Source of the DNA: an uncultured Gammaproteobacteria bacterium
GTDB lineage: Bacteria > Patescibacteriota > Microgenomatia > Levybacterales > GWA1-39-11
DNA: 64,000 bases
Direction: 5' to 3'
Assembly (NCBI GenBank): GCA_964531275.1
Contig: CAZHDZ010000002.1
Location: 58,180 to 122,179, forward strand
Part shown: positions 15,001 through 24,000 of the stretch, one piece after another
Layout: each line of letters opens with the position of its first letter
Numbering within the stretch: position 1 is the first letter of the stretch
Made by a program: the position numbers and the translations under genes
The notes under the pieces: generated by a model
The model's database searches: none
Told to the model about the DNA's origin: nothing
What the model saw: only the letters and a program-made list of their open reading frames with translations

Positions 15001-18000
15001 GCCAACAAATGTTTCGCTTGGTGCAGCTGCGACAACATTTACGTTAGGTGCAAATAATGCCGGCACATTCAATGTAAGAAATGATACGGTTACTTTCTCA
15101 GCAGCTGATACATTTAATGCAACAAGTGCTACAGCAAATGTTAATGTTCTAACTACGGGCGGTGGCTACGGATCAACTGGTACAACAATCGGTGCAACGG
15201 GAGATATCCAAACAAAAGGCGCTCTTACAGTTGACGGTATTTCAACCCTAACGGGAAATGTAACAGCAACTGGGGATGTTGCAGTTAATGGTGGAGACCT
15301 TACAACAACTGCATCTACATTTAACTTGCTTGCTTCACCAACTACGGTTAATCTCGGAGCGGGAACAACAACAGCTCTTAATCTTGGTAATGCTTCTGGT
15401 ACAACAAATGTGCTAGGTAATCTGACAATCGCTTCAGGCAAGACATTACTTGCTCAAGGTGCTTCTACATTTACACCATCAGGAACAAATGACGTAACTA
15501 TCAATACCAATCCAGGTGGCACAGCTTACTTTATTATTAACAACCTAGCAGGCGTTACAGGATCTGCACTTTGTACCGAAACATCTACAAATATTGTTGG
15601 GACATGTAATGCTTCATCACAGAGCCTGCAGGCTGCCTATGACAATGGAAATACAATCGCAACAACGAATTCTCGTGATATAGCATTCACTCTCACAAAC
15701 GACACAACTGACTCAAAGTTTTCGGTTACTACAGCTACAGGCTCGACTGCTGGGGTTGAATTCCTAAGAGCAGATGGTGCAGGTACTGCTGACCCAACGC
15801 AGCAAGTTCTTATTCAGAATCTTGACTCAAATCGAGCTCTTCCGGTTGGCCTTAAGGTTGCTGGTGTAACCGGCGGGGACGTTACTGTTGCAGTTGATCT
15901 TTCTGATTCAAATATTGTCTCTGCCCTTTCTCTTGGAGCAAATGACATAATTGCAACAAACTTCGGAATTACAGGATCAAATGGAAATATAACAACAAGT
16001 GGAGCTGTTGCTATCAATAGCGGTAATCTTACTACTACAAATACATCAGCAAATGTATTCGATACAAATGCAACAGGAGTAAATGCTTTTGGTGCTGCAA
16101 CCACCTTAAATATCGGAGCAGGTTCAGGCACAGCAACAATAAACAACGCAACTATTTCTTTCCCAACGGCATCTGCAATCAATGCAGCCGGAGCTGCTCT
16201 TGCTGTAGATTCAATCGCAGTTGGAGGAGGATACGGCGGAAGCGGTATAGATCTGACTGCTGCAGGAGATATTTCAGCCGACGGTGCTCTAACTATTGAC
16301 GGCACCTCCCAGTTGACCGGAAGTGTAACGACTGGTGGAGACTTGGCAGTAAATGGTGCAGGTACGGCTGATATAACAACGACAAATACCGGAACAGCTA
16401 CCTTATTTAATACAACTGCAACAACGGTAAATATTGCTGGTGGTGCGACAAGTGCTGTAAATGTAGGAAATGCATCCGGCACAGTTAATATAAATGGCAA
16501 CCTGGTGATGGGTTCTAGCAGAAGCATCACGTCAACTGGTCCTGTAAGCTTTACTCCAAACAGTACAAACTCAGTAACTATAACTGGGGACACGGATTCC
16601 TTCCTTACTCTTGTTGGAGTACAACCAGCAAGCGGTTCAACTCCAATACTTTGTTTGGACGGCTCTAGTCACGTAGTAACCTGTGACAACACAGCTATAC
16701 TTTCGCTTCAATCCGCATATGGGTATGGTAATACAATTGATACGACTTCGGCACGGGACATCGAATTCAATCTAACTACGGCAGGAACTGATTCAAGTTT
16801 TGCTATCACAACAGAGGCTGGTGCTACAGGATTTACCAATATCTCACTAGAAGACGGGACAAATACCGCTCCTCCAGCACAATTAGTGCTTATAAATAAT
16901 GAAGACTCAAATGAGGCTTTGCCTGCTGGACTTGTTATCAGCTCCACAGGCGGAGGAGCTGTTACGACTGCACTTGATGTATCTGATCCAGCGATTTTGA
17001 CTGCAATTTCGCTAGGTGGAAACGATATTACAGGTTCAGTATTTGATGTTGACGGAGCAACCGGAGATACAACAGTTGGAGACATTGCTGTTAATGGAAA
17101 CGACATAACAACAACCCAAGTAGCTGCTGCAAATATCTTTAATACAAATGCCAATGCGATAAATCTTGGAGGCGTTGCAGCAACGTATACAATTGGAGCA
17201 ACTACAGCTACAGGTAATCTTCGAGGAACAACTATAAACTTCCCTAACGCAACATCAATTGTTGCAAATGGTGCAACAGCTAACATATCAGCTCTTGAAG
17301 TTGGCGGAGGATATTCAGGTGCATCAGGAGTAAGTCTTTCAACAACCGGAGACATTCAGGCCAATGGAGCCCTTACTATTGATGGGATCTCAACTTTGAC
17401 AGGTAATGTAACAGCAACAGGAGACGTTGCAATCAATGGTGGAGATCTTACAACTACTGCAACTACGTTTAATTTGCTTGCAAGTCCAGCAACGGTTAAC
17501 TTTGCTGCAGGCGCTTCTACAGCAGTAAATGTTGGACATGCTTCAGGTACAACAAATATCCTGGGTAACTTGTCTATTGCATCAACTAAATCATTCACAT
17601 CCCAAGGAGCTGCAACATTTACACCAACCGGAACAACTGACGTCACGATAAATACCGATTCTGATTCTTCGTTGATTTTGGTTGGAATGAATGATGTAAC
17701 AGGTGCTGCAATTTGTATTGAAAATTCAACAAATGTTATAGGAACTTGCGATGCTGCATCTCAAAGTCTTCAAACAGCATATGATAATGGCAATACTATC
17801 CTGACAACCGATGCACGAAATCTGGATTTCACATTGGATGCAACCTCAACAGATCCTAATTTCTTAATAAAAACAGCAGCAGGCGGACAAGGAAATACTC
17901 AATTTTCACTTGAGGATGGCTCAAATGCTACTTCCCCAACAGAGCTGGTCTTAATTAGAAACAATGACAGTAATGAGGCGCTGACTTCAGGACTTAGAAT

Positions 18001-21000
18001 GACTTCTGCAGGAGGAGCTATTACAACGGCTCTTGATGTGAGTGCATCTCAAATTGGTACAGCATTAAGCTTCGGTGGTAACGACATCTCTGGGACGGCA
18101 TTCTCTGTAACGGGTAGCAATGGAAATATAACCTCCTCAGGGGATATTGCTATTAATGGTAATGACATAACGACAACAACAGCTGCAGGTGCAAATATTT
18201 TCAATACGAATGCAACATCTGTAAATATTGGAGGCGCAGCAACGGCTTACTCAATCGGTGGATCAAGTGCAACAGGACATCTAAGAGGAACATCTGTAAT
18301 ATTTGATGACGCGACGACAATCGATGCAACACTAGCAACGATAAATGGTTCAATCCTTACTTCCGGAGGCGGCTACACAAATACCGGAGTAACATTGGCT
18401 GCAAATGGAGATGTAAGTGCTGACGGAATTCTTACGGTCGGAGGAGCTGCCTCAATTACAGGAGCTGTTACATTAACAAATGATATCGCTGTTAACGGTG
18501 GAGACCTCACCTCAACAGCCACAACCTTCAATCTACTTGCTTCTCCAACAACTATTAATTTTGGTGCAGGTGCTTCGACTGCAATAAATATAGGAAATAC
18601 AGCAGGCACAACAACAGTTAATAGTAATCTAACAGTTGCTTCTGGTAAGACATTGCTTGCTCAGGGTGTATCAACATTTACCCCTAGCAGCACAAATGAT
18701 GTAACAATCAATACGGATGCTGACTCATCATTTATTGTTACTAGCTTGACAGATGTTACTGGTGATAACGTTTGTGTAGATGGCACTGGAGTTATTGGAA
18801 CCTGTGACTCTGCTTCTTCAAGCTTGCAAGCTGCTTACGATGCTGGTAACAATATTACGACCACAAGTTCTCGTGACATAGAATTTGACCTTTCAACGAC
18901 CGGAACTGATTCAAGTTTTGTAGTGTCTACCCTCGCTGGCGCAACAGGCTCAACGCTCTTTAATCTTGAGGATGGATCAAATGCAACACCACCTCAACAG
19001 TTGGTTCTTATTAATAATGCAGATACAAATGAGCCATTAGCTGCCGGACTTAAGATAACAGCTGCTGCTGGAGGAATTACAACAGGTATTGATGTCAGTG
19101 ACCCAGACGTTGTGATAGGAATAAGTCTTGGTGCGTCAAATATTGATGGAACGAGCTTTGATGTGACTGGGTCTTCCGGAAATATTACATCCTCTGGTGA
19201 CCTTGCACTTCACGGTGGTGATATAACTACAACAAATACTACAGCTACAGTATTTGATACAGCAGCAACAACTGTAAATGCATTCGGTGTCGCTTCAACT
19301 TTAATACTTGGTGCTAACAATAGTGGAACCGCAACTATTAGAAATCAAACTATTAGCTTCCCATCTGCAACTGCTGTTAATGCAACAAGTGCAACCGGCA
19401 ACTTCAGCGCTCTAACAACAGGTGGTGGATATGCTTCTACTGGTACTTCAATCTCAGCAGCTGGTGTAATCCAAACAAAGGGTGCGCTAACAGTCGACGG
19501 TATATCGACGTTGACTGGTGCAGTAACTGCTGAAGCTGGGATAACCATTGATGGTGCAACTCAATCAAATCTAATTGCTGCAAAATCAACTGCCAACCTA
19601 TTTAATACAACGGCAACTACAATTAACTTTGGTGCAGCTGCAACGACAGGTATAAATATTGGAGCTTCAGGTGGAACTATTGCTATCGCAGGTCCAGTAA
19701 CAATAGCAAACGGTCAAACTCTTACCGCGAATGGAGCAGCTACTATTGGAGACGGTGGTGACGCGATTGCTCTTTCCGGAACTACAGTTTCATTAACTGC
19801 AAATGGAGCAGGAAATGATATAACTGCAAATCTGGTTGACGCTAATACAGACGCTCTGGACATTCAACAAGGGACAGATAACTACATTAATATAAATACA
19901 ACTAACGGTTCTGAAAATATCTCATTTGGAAATACCGGGACTAATCCATCATTCTCATTCCTTGGATCTGGTACAACTACCATGGGTGGTAACTTAGCGG
20001 TAAATGGTGGTACCATTTCTACAACGCAAACATCAGGGACAATTTTTGCTTCCCCAACTACCCTCTCTATCGGTACCGCTGCAACTACATTCTCGTTAGG
20101 TGCAGGAAGCGGCACTACTACTATCAATAATGGCCTAACGGTAAGTGGTGCTACGACAAATATCGCATCAACAGCAATCAATCTTACGGGCAATAGCACA
20201 GTTCTTGACATGACAGGGACCGGAACTCTTGGAATCAATACAACAACTGATCGTGCAGTAACTTTTGGAGCAGGAGCATTTACTGTTGAGTCCAACTCTA
20301 TAAATCTTTCAGGAACCGCTCCTGCAATTGCTGCAACGACTAATGCCACAAACTTGACAATAAATGCAGGGACAACTGGCTTGGTGCAGATCGGTGGTAC
20401 ATCAACAGGGAATTTAGAGCTTGGAGGAGGATCGGGATCTACCGGATGTACGCTTACAAATAATACAGGAGACTTCGCTTGTTCTGGAGGTATTACTACA
20501 ACAGACACAACTGGTACGGTTAATTTCGGCTTCTGGACAAAAGACTTTAATACAGGGATCATCTCCCCAGTAACTGGTACTGATGTTCTTGCTATTACTT
20601 CCTCATCAACGACAAATGGAGCGCTATCACTGACAACTTCAGCTCTTCAATCTTCCGGAGTTGCTGGATTCAATAATGCAGTCACAATCACAGGAACTGC
20701 AGGTTCATCTACTTACTATGGACAAAGATTGACACTTACTAATAGCGGCACAACTAACGCAAATACTGCATATGGACAGCACATCTCATTTGTTGGAGCA
20801 GGAAGTTTGGCAAATACCATGACTGGTCTTTATGTTGATGTAACAACAGCAAATGCCAGTGATACAACATATGCTGCAGCATTTATGAACGGAAATGTTG
20901 GTATTGGGGATGCTTCGCCAACTGCCCCTCTTACTGTTGGCTCAGGAGACTTATTCCAAGTAGCAGCAACTGGAAATGTAACGTTTAATTACACTACACC

Positions 21001-24000
21001 AACTGTTACTTTTGGAAATGGTGGAACACTCGCCTTTAGAGACGGAACAAGTGACATTCTAAGACTCCAAGACTGGAATACATCTCAGACATTCCTAAGA
21101 GTTGGCGCACACGGAACAACAAATGGTGCGATCTTCTTTGGCTCATCTGGAGCTGGAACAATGGAGCCTTCAATCTCAGCATCTGCATCCGGTAACCTAT
21201 GGGTACAAGCACCAGGCGGAACAACAATTGTAGGAAGTGGAATTGGAGATATTACCATTAATCCTGGAACGGGAACAAATCAGGTTTACGTAAATCTAAA
21301 TACAGGAGGATCTGGTACAGGAGACTTTAATGTTAGGACAAATGGAACAAGCTTCCTAACGTTATCCGAGGTTGGTGCGTCAACCTTCACACAACCTATC
21401 AACCAAAAAGTAACGGTAAGTGCGCCAGGAACAACCCTTGGTTCAACAACTGGTGTTACAGGCGGAGTATTTGACATAAATGCTGATACGTCTACTGCAA
21501 ATACTGTAGGCATGACCATTGACTTTACAAGCAATGACGGAGGAGCTTCAGGAAGTGATCTTTATGCGCAAAGAATAAATTTAATTCAAAATGATGCTGA
21601 CTCAAATCTTTTTGGATTACATATAGGCCTTGCTGCAACAAGTGCAACTATCGGGGATAGTAAATTGGTAGACTGTCTGCTATGCCTTCAAAATCTAGAA
21701 AATCAGTCAGGCGCTATAGAATCGGCTATAAGAATAAGAGGAACAGCAGCTGCTGGTGCTATAACAAACGGGCTTAATATGAGTGGCGCAACTGATATTA
21801 CAAATGACATTGTTCTTCAAAATGGCGAAGTGATTGATAACAATACGAACGGAACCGTTGCTGTAACAGCTACCTCAACAACATTCTCGGGTGATATAAC
21901 CGTCACAGGTAACGACATAACATTTGGAAATGCCGAAACAATCTCCAACGGGACAAATGGAAGGATTACTGTTGGAGGAGCAGATCTGGCTCTTTCATCA
22001 ACCACTGGTGACATCATTTTTGGAAATGGTGAAACAATAGATAACGACACAAATGGCGTTGTTAACATCAACGGAAGAGTCCAATTTGATGCAACATCTG
22101 ATGACAACGAAAGACTTTGCCATACTGGTGCTGATGGTGCGTCTCTAACCAATATACTTCTCGAAGACTGTACGGTTAGCGGAGAAGACTTTGCAGAGTG
22201 GGCTATAGTTGGAACTCCTACAGCGGAGCCTGGAGATCTTGTATATGTTGTAGGTAATTTACCAAGTGACCCTACCCTGACACTAAAAGATTTGACTACC
22301 ACTCAATATCAAAGCAGTGTTTCTGGAATAATAAGCACAAATCCATTTATAGATATCCTTGGAGACGAACAATACAAGGGCAAGCCAAATGCAAAACCAA
22401 TTGCACTTGCAGGAAGAGTGCCAGTAAAGGTATCAACTGAGAATGGAAATATTAAGGTCGGAGATGCCCTTGTTGCCTCATCAATTCCTGGAGTTGCAAT
22501 GAAGGCTACGCAAAAGGGTATGATAATTGGATTTGCTGAAGAAGATTATGATGGGACCACGAGGGTTAGTGCTCAAGTCCTAAAGCAAGAAGAGGTCTTT
22601 AACTCAGACCTAGATGACAGGACTGAATATCACTCAAACCCTGCTGCTTGGGACTCTTCTGTAGGAAAGATCATGACATCAATAAATTCGTTCTTCTACG
22701 ACCCAAATTATGCGACCGCATACACTGGAAATGAAGATTGGAACCACACGGGTGACTTTACCGTGAGCCAGACATTATTTGCGTACGATGTAGCATTTGG
22801 AATAGGTGGTGAGCTAACAGTAGATGGAGCAGGAAGTCTCTCTACGACAGGCTCAATCACGTCAAGCGCTTTGACATCGCAGACAGCAAATTTTGGAGAT
22901 GCAGCACAATTTGCAATTGACGAGAATGGGAATGCGACCACTTCGGGAAGTTTGACTTTTGATGCTGCAGTACTAAGCTCCGAAACAAACAATTTTGTAA
23001 GCAGGTTAACTCTGGATACAAACGAGAATAATGATCCTACTAAATTTGTCTTTAAAAATGCTGCCGGTCTTGAGCTCTTGGGACTAGATAGCAATGGAAA
23101 TGCAACAATTGCAGGAACCTTGACGACTATGGTTGGCAACTATGATATTGCCGAAGATTATCCAACCCGTGACAACACAATTGAAGCCGGAGATATCGTG
23201 TCAGCAGATAGAGTCCTTGACGGATTTGTCTCAAAGTCAAATACTGCATACGACAAGACAGTTATCGGTATCTATTCTGAGAAGCCAGGATTTAGACTCT
23301 CTCAAGCAGGTGGCACGATAAATGGAGAAAGAGCTATTCCAATTGCCCTTGCCGGTAGAGTTCCTGTTAAGGTTAACAATGAAAATGGACCTATAAAGAA
23401 AGGTGATGCCCTCACTACTTCTTCAACCCCAGGATACGCAATGAAGGCTGTAAAAGCAGGTCAGATAATTGGTAAAGCATTAGAGGACTTCAACGGAACA
23501 ACAGGCAAGGTTCTTACCTTCGTTAACGTGAGCTTTGCTGATCCTCAAAATATACTTGAGAGAATTGCTTTGGATTCTGACAACAATATTGCAATCTCGA
23601 AGGTCAGCTCTGATGCTGTCAAGCTTCCTGCTAACCTAACAATTGCAGGAAAAGAAATAAATGGAACACTAACCGACGCACTTCTTGCAGTAGGAAATGA
23701 GATAACAAATGTAAAGACTGGTATTTCAAGTCTTGAAACTGCTGTTCTTGGTCTTGATACAAAGGCAAACGCCCTTGAGGAAAAGGTTTTGACGCTTGAA
23801 GAGCAACAGGCATCAACTGCAGCAGAACTCGCAAGAACAATCGATGGTACAAATGAGCTTGATTCTAGAGTAAGCTCAACCAGCGCAAGTCTTTCGGATC
23901 TAAATAGTAGACTTGATGCATTACTTTCTCAAATTGCATCAGGTTCAACATCTGCTTCAGGATCTGCAATTGGAACAGGCTCTGCTAGCTACAATGAATT

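Noticed and set aside
817-20562. About 40 minus-strand and alternate-frame ORFs of 60-260 aa inside the giant gene (for example 2698..3426, 7138..7788, 10570..11199, 15814..16593, 19882..20562).
   Set aside because: Their translations are Pro/Val/Ala-rich mirror images of the sense-strand Thr/Gly/Asn codon bias. They all lie wholly inside a 24.7-kb uninterrupted sense ORF, and several are identical pairs simply because they sit in DNA repeats. They are antisense artefacts.
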